The notes under the pieces: generated by a model
What the model saw: only the letters and a program-made list of their open reading frames with translations
Told to the model about the DNA's origin: nothing
Databases searched by the model: none
Source: a virus
Virus record (IMG/VR): IMGVR_UViG_2531839420_000002
Span: 67,685 to 112,764 of that record
Direction: 5' to 3' (one strand)
Length of the DNA stretch: 45,080 nucleotides
In this document: positions 35,666 to 44,036 of the stretch, one piece after another
How positions within the stretch are numbered: position 1 is the first letter of the stretch
Layout: each line of letters begins with the position of its first letter
Program-made: the position numbers and the translations under genes

Positions 35666-35674
35666 TGTTATAAT
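35666..35674 (+). promoter_or_regulatory. Extended -10 promoter TGTTATAAT
   Basis: Consensus TGnTATAAT; no ORF between it and the terminator. Confidence 0.7.
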
Positions 35675-35679
35675 AATAG

Positions 35680-35758
35680 GGTCTATCTCTGGTTTGTTGC
35701 GAGCAAGCAGCGAGTCAGCACCTCAGCCCCGCCGATAATTCGGCGGGGCTTTCTTTTT
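35680..35758 (+). ncRNA. Candidate ~80-nt trans-acting sRNA
   Basis: Bounded by the extended -10 and an intrinsic terminator; 5' end GGTCTATCTCTGGTT is complementary to the GGAGATAGAC RBS motif. Confidence 0.65.
35725..35758 (+). terminator. Strong intrinsic terminator
   Basis: AGCCCCGCCGA-TAAT-TCGGCGGGGCT-TTCTTTTT. Confidence 0.85.
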
Positions 35759-35902
35759 GCCCCCGTTCTTTCCCGCCCCAACAGTCCCCGCAATCGTGCC
35801 CAGATGAGCAACAGAGCCCCAAAGCCCAAAGGGCGGGGAAAACACCCCTCCCCCTTTCCTGAAGCGCTCAAAGCCCCAGAAATCAGACCGGGCGGCATAG
35901 TT

Positions 35903-35980
35903 AAGTCAGCATTGATTTTCCCGTTGCGTGGCTCCCTTCATCCCGCTATGTTCGCTTTATCAACAAGTCAACGATGACTT
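35903..35980. promoter_or_regulatory. Two operator copies before the next operon
   Basis: AAGTCAGCATTGATTT (35903) and AAGTCAACGATGACTT (35965). Confidence 0.7.
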
Positions 35981-36003
35981 GCGAAAGAACAGGAGATAGA
36001 CAC

Positions 36004-36390
36004 ATGAACGTGGTTCGCGCGCGGCTCATTCTGACCCCCGACGCCCAGAAGACCAAGGATCTGTTCGTCGCCGTGCGCGACGCGGTTCGCGATCTGATCG
36101 TCAGCGATCTGCCTGACGAAATTGTTCTCGGCAACTTTTTCAGCTTCGCTTTCGGCCCCTTCGCGAACGCCCAGAACAAGGCTCACGTCGCCGCCGTCGA
36201 GCTGTTCAACCGCGGCTCGGTCACTCTCGACCTGAGTGCCGAACAGTTCGTCGATCTGCTGATCGAACTCGCCGGCAAGCCGCTGGCCATCACCGAGGTT
36301 TCCTGGGTCGAAGACGACAATGCCTGCGAGGGCTGCGAGCAGCGGCGTAAGCCGCACACCTCCATCAATAACCAAGAGGTAGACCCGTGA
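36004..36390 (+). CDS. Hypothetical protein
   Basis: ATG 36004 after AGGAGATAGAC. Confidence 0.65.
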   Translation: MNVVRARLILTPDAQKTKDLFVAVRDAVRDLIVSDLPDEIVLGNFFSFAFGPFANAQNKAHVAAVELFNRGSVTLDLSAEQFVDLLIELAGKPLAITEVSWVEDDNACEGCEQRRKPHTSINNQEVDP

Positions 36391-36815
36391 GCACCAGCAT
36401 TCTCAAGGTCGCCGGCATCAGTATCGCCGGCTTGGTCGGGATCAGCACCTTCGCCCTGGTGGCGAAGCTGGCCCTGGCTCCCCTCAACATGGCGCACACC
36501 GCTGTCAACTCGGCGACCGGCGTGGTCAACAAGACTCTCGATCCGAATAACGTGATCGTGAAATACGAGTGGTTCCACGACGCCAACGCCCAGTATCAGT
36601 CCCGGCTGAACCAGATCCACGGTCACAAGGCGTTGATCGCTGGCGAGACCGACAAGGGCGAACTTCAGCGCCTTCGCATTGAGCTGGCGGCGATGCAGCA
36701 GAGCTGCCGCGATCTGGCCTTCCGCTACAACGCCAACGCCACCAAGACCAACGTCGGCCTCTTCCAGGGCGAAACCCTGCCCCGGCTGCTCGACGCCACC
36801 ACCTGCGAGGGCTGA
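36387..36815 (+). CDS. Membrane-anchored hypothetical protein
   Basis: N-terminal hydrophobic helix followed by a coiled coil. Confidence 0.7.
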   Translation: MSTSILKVAGISIAGLVGISTFALVAKLALAPLNMAHTAVNSATGVVNKTLDPNNVIVKYEWFHDANAQYQSRLNQIHGHKALIAGETDKGELQRLRIELAAMQQSCRDLAFRYNANATKTNVGLFQGETLPRLLDATTCEG

Positions 36816-36818
36816 TCC

Positions 36819-37094
36819 ATGAAGACCTTGTTTCGCAGTCCCTCGACTTTGAGCGCTCGCAAGACCGTCGCCGACGTTCTGGCTGGCTTCAGTCGCGTCA
36901 TCGACGATCTTCAGACCGTGCAGCGCCAGAACGAGCAACAGGCGACGGAGGCCCAGGCTCGCATCGAGCGCGCCAAGGTCGATCTGGACCGTGCCAATGG
37001 CGAAATCACCGCCGCCGGCATCGCGATTGACAACATCACCAACCTGATCGGCGGCGATCCGAAGGAAAAGTTCGCCCTGATCGCCGCTGAGTAG
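36819..37094 (+). CDS. Coiled-coil hypothetical protein
   Basis: 91 aa ORF in operon. Confidence 0.65.
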   Translation: MKTLFRSPSTLSARKTVADVLAGFSRVIDDLQTVQRQNEQQATEAQARIERAKVDLDRANGEITAAGIAIDNITNLIGGDPKEKFALIAAE

Positions 37095-37102
37095 GAGGAA
37101 AC

Positions 37103-37639
37103 ATGCGCTTCGTCCGCACTTCTTCGATCGCCATTGCTTTGGTCGGCTGCCTTCTGACCTCGGCCTGCAACGAGCAGAGCGCCAATGCGCAGCAGCCTCA
37201 GCGCGCAACCCAGGCTCAGAAGGCGCAGGAGGCCGCCAACGCGATCGCCTTCACCGAGAACGCCGAGATCGACAACATCAAACATCGGCTGGAGCTGACC
37301 AGCCAGCCGGGTCTGTTGGGCTACGTCGTTCTGCTCAACGAGAGCGGACAGCCGGTCTGGTATGGCGCCGTCAAGGGCAAGATCACCTCGGGCTCGAAGC
37401 GTCTGACCGATCCGCGGCGGGTGATCTGGAAGTCCGGTCAGACCAACTACACGGCCGCCGTCACCGACGCGCCGAGCGACGAGGGCACCTACGGCAGCTC
37501 TGGCGAGTATGTCTTCTTCTGGACGCCGAGCGGGCAGTATGTCCAGTGGAACGGCAAGTATCTCTATTCGGACCAGCCCTTCCGCCTGTCGATCAAGCCG
37601 CTGGTGGTCGATGTTCAGGGCGCTGAGGGTGTCAAGTAA
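37103..37639 (+). CDS. Putative lipoprotein
   Basis: Signal peptide with LTSAC lipobox; AGGAGG RBS. Confidence 0.75.
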   Translation: MRFVRTSSIAIALVGCLLTSACNEQSANAQQPQRATQAQKAQEAANAIAFTENAEIDNIKHRLELTSQPGLLGYVVLLNESGQPVWYGAVKGKITSGSKRLTDPRRVIWKSGQTNYTAAVTDAPSDEGTYGSSGEYVFFWTPSGQYVQWNGKYLYSDQPFRLSIKPLVVDVQGAEGVK

Positions 37640-37697
37640 ACCTAGGCGGGGAGCCGAAAGGCTCCCTCCCTTCCAAGAACGGATACGGAGAAAGACG

Positions 37698-38774
37698 GTG
37701 AGCAAACCAATCCACATCTTCGCCGACGCGATCGACGGCGCGGCCCTGAGCCAGTTCTACGACGCCATGAAATGCGATTTCGCGCTCAAAGGCGCTCTGA
37801 TGCCCGACGCCCACAAGGGCTATGCGCTGCCGATCGGCGCCGTGCCACTGCGGGGTGAAGACCTGAACACCGCCAGCCGCGTTCGCGAGGCGGCCGAGTT
37901 CATCTTCAAGCGCATCTACGAGGTCGTGCCGACCGGCTTCAGGCACAACGACCGCCGGGTGGTCTGGGCCGAAGGCGAGAAGATCCCCTGCACCAAGGTC
38001 GTCTCCCAGCAGATCACCGATGGCGCGCTCAAGCAGCTCGGCAGTCTCGGCTCGGGCAACCACTTCATCGAGATCGGCGTGGACGACTTCCGCCAGGTTT
38101 GGATCATCATCCACTCGGGCTCGCGCAATGTGGGCCACAAGACGGCGACCCACTACATGAAGCTCGCCTCGGGCGACGGCAAGGCGCGGGAGGCCCATTT
38201 CGGCCTGCGCGTGGACAGCCCGGAGGGCCAGGACTACATCACCGATCTGAACTTCTGCCTGGAATTCGCCCTGGCCAATCGTCGCGAGATCGCCAATCGG
38301 GTGGCGGGTGTCATTCGTGAATTCACCGGCGCCGTGCCTGATTGGGATCGTCTGGTCAATCGCAATCACAACCACGCCGAGTTGCGCTGGATGGCGCACA
38401 ATGGCCCGACCAGGGATATGAAAGCGGTCTGGGTTCACCGCAAGGGCGCCACCCACGCTGAAGACGGCATGATGGGCGTGATCCCGGGCAACATGCGCGA
38501 CGGCAGCTTCATCGTTCGCGGCAAGGGCAACCCGGACTCCCTGTGGTCGTCGTCGCACGGAGCCGGCCGCGTGCTGGGGCGGCGCGAAGCCAATGAAACC
38601 CTGAGCCTCGAGGATTTTGTCGAGACGATGACCGGCGTCGTCGCCAAGGTGAACACGTCCACGCTCGACGAGAGCCCGTTCGCCTACAAGGACATCTTTG
38701 CGGTCATGGCGGCCCAGACTGACTTGGTCGAGGTCGTGGCCCATGTCCGCCCCATCATTAACATCAAGGGGTGA
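37698..38774 (+). CDS. rtcB: RtcB-family RNA ligase, apparently missing the DIGCG motif
   Basis: MPDAH, GSLGSGNHF, HSGSR, NHN, HRKGAT and SHGAGR motifs; GTG start after GGAG. Confidence 0.85.
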   Translation: MSKPIHIFADAIDGAALSQFYDAMKCDFALKGALMPDAHKGYALPIGAVPLRGEDLNTASRVREAAEFIFKRIYEVVPTGFRHNDRRVVWAEGEKIPCTKVVSQQITDGALKQLGSLGSGNHFIEIGVDDFRQVWIIIHSGSRNVGHKTATHYMKLASGDGKAREAHFGLRVDSPEGQDYITDLNFCLEFALANRREIANRVAGVIREFTGAVPDWDRLVNRNHNHAELRWMAHNGPTRDMKAVWVHRKGATHAEDGMMGVIPGNMRDGSFIVRGKGNPDSLWSSSHGAGRVLGRREANETLSLEDFVETMTGVVAKVNTSTLDESPFAYKDIFAVMAAQTDLVEVVAHVRPIINIKG

Positions 38775-38779
38775 TCACG

Positions 38780-38920
38780 ATGAAAACGAGTCCCTCTACG
38801 CCGCTACCGGCGCCGTTCCCGCCCTATCCTCTCGCCGAGGTCGAGGACGAAAAGGATAAGGGCGACACCGAGGAGGTGCCGGCTGGTTGGTTCGACATCG
38901 TCGAGCAGACGCACCATTGA
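38780..38920 (+). CDS. Possible 46-aa protein
   Basis: ATG after AGGGGTGA; fills the gap after rtcB. Confidence 0.35.
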   Translation: MKTSPSTPLPAPFPPYPLAEVEDEKDKGDTEEVPAGWFDIVEQTHH

Positions 38921-38990
38921 GCCGCCATTTACTTGGCTTTTTCAACAAGTCAATAATGACTTTACAGAAGCAACACGAAGGGACGAACAC

Positions 38991-40085
38991 ATGGGTCATA
39001 TCTACATGCGCCGGGGCAACGAGTTCACGCCGGCCGATCCCGGCGCCGTGAACATGCACGACACCCTGCCGCCCGGCACCTACACCATTCTGGCCTCGCA
39101 GGCCGGGCTGTATCTCGAAAAGGTCGATGACTTCGAGCTGCCCGGCAAGCTCTACGGCGACGTGAACAAGAACGCCGAGCGCATTCTGAACACCTTCCTC
39201 GATCGTCCGACGACCACCGGCGTTCTGCTGTCGGGCCAGAAGGGCTCGGGCAAGACGATGCTGACCAAGCGGATCTCGCAGAAGGCTCTGATCGAGCATG
39301 GCATCATCACGATCCTGATCAACCAGCCTCTCGCTGGCGAGGGTTTCAACGCCTTCCTCCAGAATATCAGCCAGCCGGCGGTGGTGATCTTCGACGAGTT
39401 CGAGAAGGTCTACGATCGTGACGAGCAGCAGCGCCTCCTGACCATCTTCGATGGCGTCTACGGCTCGAAGAAGCTGTTCTTGCTCACCTGCAACGATCGC
39501 TACCGGGTGGACAGCTACATGCACAACCGCCCCGGCCGCATCTATTACTCGCTGGACTTCGCCGGTCTCAGCCAGGATTTCATTGCCGAATACTGCGCCG
39601 ATAATCTTCTGGAGCCTGCCAACGCTCGCGGCGTGCAGACCGTCGCCGGCTTCTTCGGCGAGTTCACCTTCGACATGCTGAAGGCCCTGATCGAGGAGAT
39701 GAACCGCTACGGCGAGACCGCGACCGAGGCGATGCGGTTGCTTAACATGAAACCGCACTCCGACACCGACGGCACCTATGAAATCTCGGTGATGCGCGAC
39801 GACAAGCCTGTGGTTCATCGCGGCATCAACGATAAGGAGGTCGAGCGCTCGCCGCTGTCGTTGGAAGACTGGATCGTTCACATCTACGCCTTCAATTCCA
39901 AGGACCCCAAGCGGCCGGAAGACGGCATTGTTGAGGACGAGCGGTATCGTCTCGACCAGTCGAAGCTGGTCTCGGTTGATCCGGTCAACGGCGTGTTCGT
40001 GTTCGGCACCGATCGCCCCGACACGACCGTCGTCTTCAAGCGCAAGTTCCGCACCATCGCTGGCTTCAACTACGACGCCTTCTGA
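38991..40085 (+). CDS. AAA-family ATPase
   Basis: GQKGSGKT, IFDEFEK, LTCN and NRPGR; operator at 38947 upstream. Confidence 0.88.
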   Translation: MGHIYMRRGNEFTPADPGAVNMHDTLPPGTYTILASQAGLYLEKVDDFELPGKLYGDVNKNAERILNTFLDRPTTTGVLLSGQKGSGKTMLTKRISQKALIEHGIITILINQPLAGEGFNAFLQNISQPAVVIFDEFEKVYDRDEQQRLLTIFDGVYGSKKLFLLTCNDRYRVDSYMHNRPGRIYYSLDFAGLSQDFIAEYCADNLLEPANARGVQTVAGFFGEFTFDMLKALIEEMNRYGETATEAMRLLNMKPHSDTDGTYEISVMRDDKPVVHRGINDKEVERSPLSLEDWIVHIYAFNSKDPKRPEDGIVEDERYRLDQSKLVSVDPVNGVFVFGTDRPDTTVVFKRKFRTIAGFNYDAF

Positions 40086-40102
40086 TCACCGATTGTTCTA
40101 CC

Positions 40103-40136
40103 GCTTTCGTTAAGTCATAATTGACTTAACGAAAGC
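40103..40136. promoter_or_regulatory. Perfect 15-bp inverted repeat centred on an operator
   Basis: GCTTTCGTTAAGTCA-TAAT-TGACTTAACGAAAGC. Confidence 0.75.
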
Positions 40137-40144
40137 TTAGGAGA

Positions 40145-40612
40145 ATGACGATGAAGTCCTGGTTGTTCGCCGCATTGGCGATCGTCGGGCAGTGGACAGA
40201 CGTAAGCAAGATCGACGCGCATCAGACCATGTGCCTTGCCCAGACGATCTACCACGAAGCCCGAGGTGAGCCTGTGCGAGGGCAGCTTCTTGTTGCCGAG
40301 GTCGTGCTGAACCGAGTGGAGACAGAAGGTTTTCCAAAGACGATCTGCAAGGTCGTCTATCAGCGGGGCGGCACCGGCAAGGCTCAGTTCTCTTGGACCA
40401 ATGGCAAGAAGCAGCTCGACGACTGGACCTCCTTCTACAACGCCGTCGAGATCGCCGTGCTGATGCAGACCGGCGGGATCAATCGGCAGCATCCGGGGGT
40501 CCTGTTCTTCTTCAACCCGAGGATCGAGCGTCCGTCCTGGGCAGACGACATGAAAGTCGTGACCAAGGCAGGCGATCACCTATTCCTCGCTTTCAAGGAT
40601 GGTCGGGCATGA
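40145..40612 (+). CDS. SleB-like cell wall hydrolase (Hydrolase_2)
   Basis: CLAQTIYHEARGE, VVLNRV, FPKTICKVVYQ, QFSW and GDHLF. Confidence 0.9.
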   Translation: MTMKSWLFAALAIVGQWTDVSKIDAHQTMCLAQTIYHEARGEPVRGQLLVAEVVLNRVETEGFPKTICKVVYQRGGTGKAQFSWTNGKKQLDDWTSFYNAVEIAVLMQTGGINRQHPGVLFFFNPRIERPSWADDMKVVTKAGDHLFLAFKDGRA

Positions 40613-40929
40613 GCGCCGATCTGAACCACGAGTTGATTAAGCTGGTGACAGCGAAGATGACCGCCGGGCAGAAGGCCCGGCTTGCTGAGCGAGCGAACGC
40701 GCCGGCGGTTCATTTCGGGCCTGGCACGGAAGCTTGGCAGAAAGCCCAGACCCAGCTCGCCCGGCGCGTCGGCAATCTGGCGCTCTTCCGCATGGAACGC
40801 CCGCTGACCCTGGACATGCGCCAGGCAGCGGCCGTCCGCCGGAAGATCGACCAGGCAATCGAGCATCTGCGGATCGCCGAGCGCCTGATGCAGACCGCCC
40901 ACGAAGAGGCGAAATCGCGCAACGGCTAA
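40609..40929 (+). CDS. Hypothetical protein
   Basis: ATGA-coupled start (MSADL). Confidence 0.6.
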   Translation: MSADLNHELIKLVTAKMTAGQKARLAERANAPAVHFGPGTEAWQKAQTQLARRVGNLALFRMERPLTLDMRQAAAVRRKIDQAIEHLRIAERLMQTAHEEAKSRNG

Positions 40930-41015
40930 TTCGCGAATAAGCGTAGCGCCGCCCGACCCGCCAGGGACCGGGGCGCTACGCTCAATCATCAAAGAACACG
41001 GAACGGAGATAGACA

Positions 41016-41222
41016 ATGACCCGTATCAAGACCACTAGCGAACTGATTATCGCCCTAACGCGCCTTCTCGCGAAGCACGGCAATCTACCCGTTGGCGGTG
41101 AGTCCGATCTTGATTTCGGCGTTCGACTCACTGTCTGCGATGAAGACGGCCACGACGCTGTCGCGGATGCCGGTGAGCCCCACTGTGGCCCGGCCAACTC
41201 GATTTTCATCGAGGTTGTGTGA
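41016..41222 (+). CDS. Hypothetical protein
   Basis: ATG after AACGGAGATAGAC. Confidence 0.65.
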   Translation: MTRIKTTSELIIALTRLLAKHGNLPVGGESDLDFGVRLTVCDEDGHDAVADAGEPHCGPANSIFIEVV

Positions 41223-41488
41223 TGACCATCCCCGAAATTCGTGAACGTCTCCGGGAGCTTGCCGACGTTCATGGCATCAGCGAGCTGAGCGAAATCGCCG
41301 ACAAGCTGAAGCGTCGCTACAACGGTCGCAAGGCCCCCAGGGCGAGCAAGGCCGTCACCCCGGCCCTGGCCGCGGAGGTGCGTGATCACTGCAAAGCGCA
41401 CCCCGAAGAGACCATGCACCAGGTCGCCACCAAGTTCGGCATCAACCAGGGCCGCGTCAGCGAGATCCTTTTCGGAAAGAGGTCGTGA
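41219..41488 (+). CDS. Small HTH DNA-binding protein
   Basis: TMHQVATKFGINQGRVSEILFG. Confidence 0.7.
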   Translation: MMTIPEIRERLRELADVHGISELSEIADKLKRRYNGRKAPRASKAVTPALAAEVRDHCKAHPEETMHQVATKFGINQGRVSEILFGKRS

Positions 41489-42069
41489 TGAACGACAAAC
41501 GGAATGCGCGCCTGGAGAGGCTGGAAAAGGTGATCGCCAAGAAACTGACCGGATCGGAAGGTGGCGTGAACGCGCTCTGCGTCGAACTCGCCAACGCCAT
41601 AGTCGTCAGCGACGAGGTGGTCATTGAACGTCTGGAGCGCGAATTGGCAGAAGCCGAGGGCGCTCTTTGGCGTGTTGCTCCCAATACTCACACTCTGGCG
41701 CCGGGAGTTCCCGACCTTTTCGAGGGGCCTGGCGAAACCTATCGTGCCGCCTACGAGCGGGTGCTGGCTGAACGCAACGACTTCGCCGCCCGGCTGGCGA
41801 CGGCAACCGAGGCGCTAGAAGATGCAACGGCAGCTCTCGAAAGCGCCCGGCACGCCATAATCCGCAAAATGGGCAGCACCAACCGGGCACGCGAGGAAGC
41901 CCTTGCCAAGGCCCGTATCGCCCTCGCCGACCTCCCGGCGCGCAGCGCTACGATGCTGCGGGTGATCGAAGCGGCCGAATACGCCGTCAACGAAGCGCGC
42001 GACTATGGCGAAGGCTTCGAGCGTCTGGCGGCTGCTGTTCGTGCCTGCCAGGAGGCTCGCGATGCGTAA
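41485..42069 (+). CDS. Coiled-coil hypothetical protein
   Basis: Coupled ORF, 194 aa. Confidence 0.65.
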   Translation: MMNDKRNARLERLEKVIAKKLTGSEGGVNALCVELANAIVVSDEVVIERLERELAEAEGALWRVAPNTHTLAPGVPDLFEGPGETYRAAYERVLAERNDFAARLATATEALEDATAALESARHAIIRKMGSTNRAREEALAKARIALADLPARSATMLRVIEAAEYAVNEARDYGEGFERLAAAVRACQEARDA

Positions 42070-42619
42070 GCTGCGCCTCCTTGTCACGGCCAACTGCAAC
42101 CGGGCCTGCCCGATGTGCTGCAACAAGGGCTTCGATCTGGCCGCCCTGCCCGTCTGCACCAGCTTCAACGGCTTCGACGGCTTCGACGAGATCATCCTCA
42201 CCGGCGGCGAGCCGTTCGTCGAGTTGGAGACGTTGCTGGAGGTCATCCAGCGGGCGAACGTCGAAAGCACGGCGCCGATCTTCGTCTACACGGCCTGGAC
42301 CAATCCCGGGCACCTGCTGGGCGTTCTGCGGTTCGTCGATGGCATCACCCTGACGCTGCACTGCCAGGCCGATGTTGCTCCGCTTGTGCGCTTCAACGCC
42401 ATGCTGAAGGCATACCCGGAGCTTCACGGGCGCAGCCTGCGGCTTAACGTGTTTGACGGTATCAAGCTGCCCGAGGACCTCGATCTCGGCCCCTGGCAGG
42501 TCAAGCCGATGAGCTGGATGCAGGACTGTCCCCTTCCCCGCCAACGAAACTTTCATGCGCTGGAGAGCAGCGTAGCCGCCCGACGCACCAGGGTCGAGCG
42601 CGCTACTGTTTCAGCATAA
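42062..42619 (+). CDS. Radical SAM protein (C-terminus possibly frameshifted)
   Basis: CNRACPMC and LTGGEP; start at MRKLRLL. Confidence 0.85.
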   Translation: MRKLRLLVTANCNRACPMCCNKGFDLAALPVCTSFNGFDGFDEIILTGGEPFVELETLLEVIQRANVESTAPIFVYTAWTNPGHLLGVLRFVDGITLTLHCQADVAPLVRFNAMLKAYPELHGRSLRLNVFDGIKLPEDLDLGPWQVKPMSWMQDCPLPRQRNFHALESSVAARRTRVERATVSA

Positions 42620-42644
42620 GAAAATCAAGTGACGGAGAAATACA

Positions 42645-42965
42645 ATGGGGCGCGTTGAAAATGAAGCCGACTTTCCTGAAAATTTTGAAGCCCTCGAAAG
42701 TGAAATCATCAGCATCGTGTCGATAATTTCCGGCGTCACCAAGGTTCTTGATGGTGTTTTGACCATGCTCGAAGACATCAACGGTGGTGGAGTTGGCAAT
42801 CTCCAGAACATTTGCGCGTTCGCCACTGGCGCCAAAGGCATGATCGAATACGCCGGGATGCAAATCGACTTCGCCAAGGACATGCTTCGTAACGCGGAGG
42901 TCACGATCAACGCGGGAGTCGAAAACGTCCAGCGGCACATCGCCAATGGCAAGGAAGATGCCTGA
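42645..42965 (+). CDS. Hypothetical protein
   Basis: GGAG RBS; 106 aa. Confidence 0.6.
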   Translation: MGRVENEADFPENFEALESEIISIVSIISGVTKVLDGVLTMLEDINGGGVGNLQNICAFATGAKGMIEYAGMQIDFAKDMLRNAEVTINAGVENVQRHIANGKEDA

Positions 42966-43339
42966 TGAACAGCTTCGATTACACCAACTCCTCAGATTTG
43001 GAAAGACTGCGGCTCGCCCTCGTGACGACAAGTGACCACGACAGAGCGATGATCGTCGCCTTTTGCATGACCAGCGGCTTGATGCTGCCGAAAGGCTTTG
43101 CGATGCGCTGGCTGTGGTGGGTGTCCCGCAAAAATCGTTTCGTCAAGATGACGGCGGCGCTGACGCACCCCAAGACCAAGCCGCTGCTCGACGACATGTG
43201 GCGTGAAACGATCAACTGGATGGTCGCCGGCAAGGATCAGAATGACCCCAAAAGCGCCGGCGGCTGGAACTCGAACGAACTGAACCTCTTCGTCGAATTC
43301 TTGCGCTTCATTGGCGTGTTTCGTCGGAGGGCTGCCTGA
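42965..43339 (+). CDS. Hypothetical protein
   Basis: TGATG coupling. Confidence 0.65.
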   Translation: MNSFDYTNSSDLERLRLALVTTSDHDRAMIVAFCMTSGLMLPKGFAMRWLWWVSRKNRFVKMTAALTHPKTKPLLDDMWRETINWMVAGKDQNDPKSAGGWNSNELNLFVEFLRFIGVFRRRAA

Positions 43340-43557
43340 TGAAGACGTTCTTCGAGGAAATCGCCGTGAACGCCGCTGGCCGTCGCGTTCGAGTCCGTCG
43401 GGCGCACGTTCGTCCTCGGCACTTCTATGTCGTCAGCGTTGACGGCGTTCGGATCGACAGCTTCCTGAACCTCGCTCGCGCCCGCCGACTCGCCAAGACC
43501 CTGTTCAACACTCTTGGACCGATCGAGTCCGAAACCACCTGGAGGATCGCCGCATGA
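43339..43557 (+). CDS. Hypothetical protein
   Basis: TGATG coupling; GGAGG RBS. Confidence 0.6.
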   Translation: MKTFFEEIAVNAAGRRVRVRRAHVRPRHFYVVSVDGVRIDSFLNLARARRLAKTLFNTLGPIESETTWRIAA

Positions 43558-44036
43558 ACAAGATCGTTATCGACACTGCCACGCTCAAAGCGCTGCTTGG
43601 GGGACATCCCGAGATCGAGGTGGAACTTCTCGCCGTCGCCCGCGAGAAGGTGGCCGAGGAGCTGAAGCGCAAGCTGCCCGACGGTTATGCCGCCAAATTT
43701 GCCGACGACATAATGGCTGACCTCAAACAGCGCATCAACGCCCAGATGTTGAATTGGCGGGGCGATGCGCTGTCCGACAGAGTGCGCGACATGGTGCGCG
43801 GGTGCGTCTACGACGTGCTTAATGCACAGACCAAGGCCGCCGCCGAGCAGACCGCCCGAGATGTCGCGGAGAAGGCGATCACCGCCATGCTCCCCCGTCT
43901 GGAGGAGCGGCTGAGCCAGCATCAAGACGCCTTGATCAAGAAGATCAACGGCCTCGTCGGCGAGGAGATCGAGCGCCAGATCAACGCTCGCCTCAATGCC
44001 ATGATGAAGCTGACCGAGGGCCTGCAAAATGCGTAA
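43554..44036 (+). CDS. Helical hypothetical protein
   Basis: ATGA coupling; GGAGG RBS. Confidence 0.7.
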   Translation: MNKIVIDTATLKALLGGHPEIEVELLAVAREKVAEELKRKLPDGYAAKFADDIMADLKQRINAQMLNWRGDALSDRVRDMVRGCVYDVLNAQTKAAAEQTARDVAEKAITAMLPRLEERLSQHQDALIKKINGLVGEEIERQINARLNAMMKLTEGLQNA

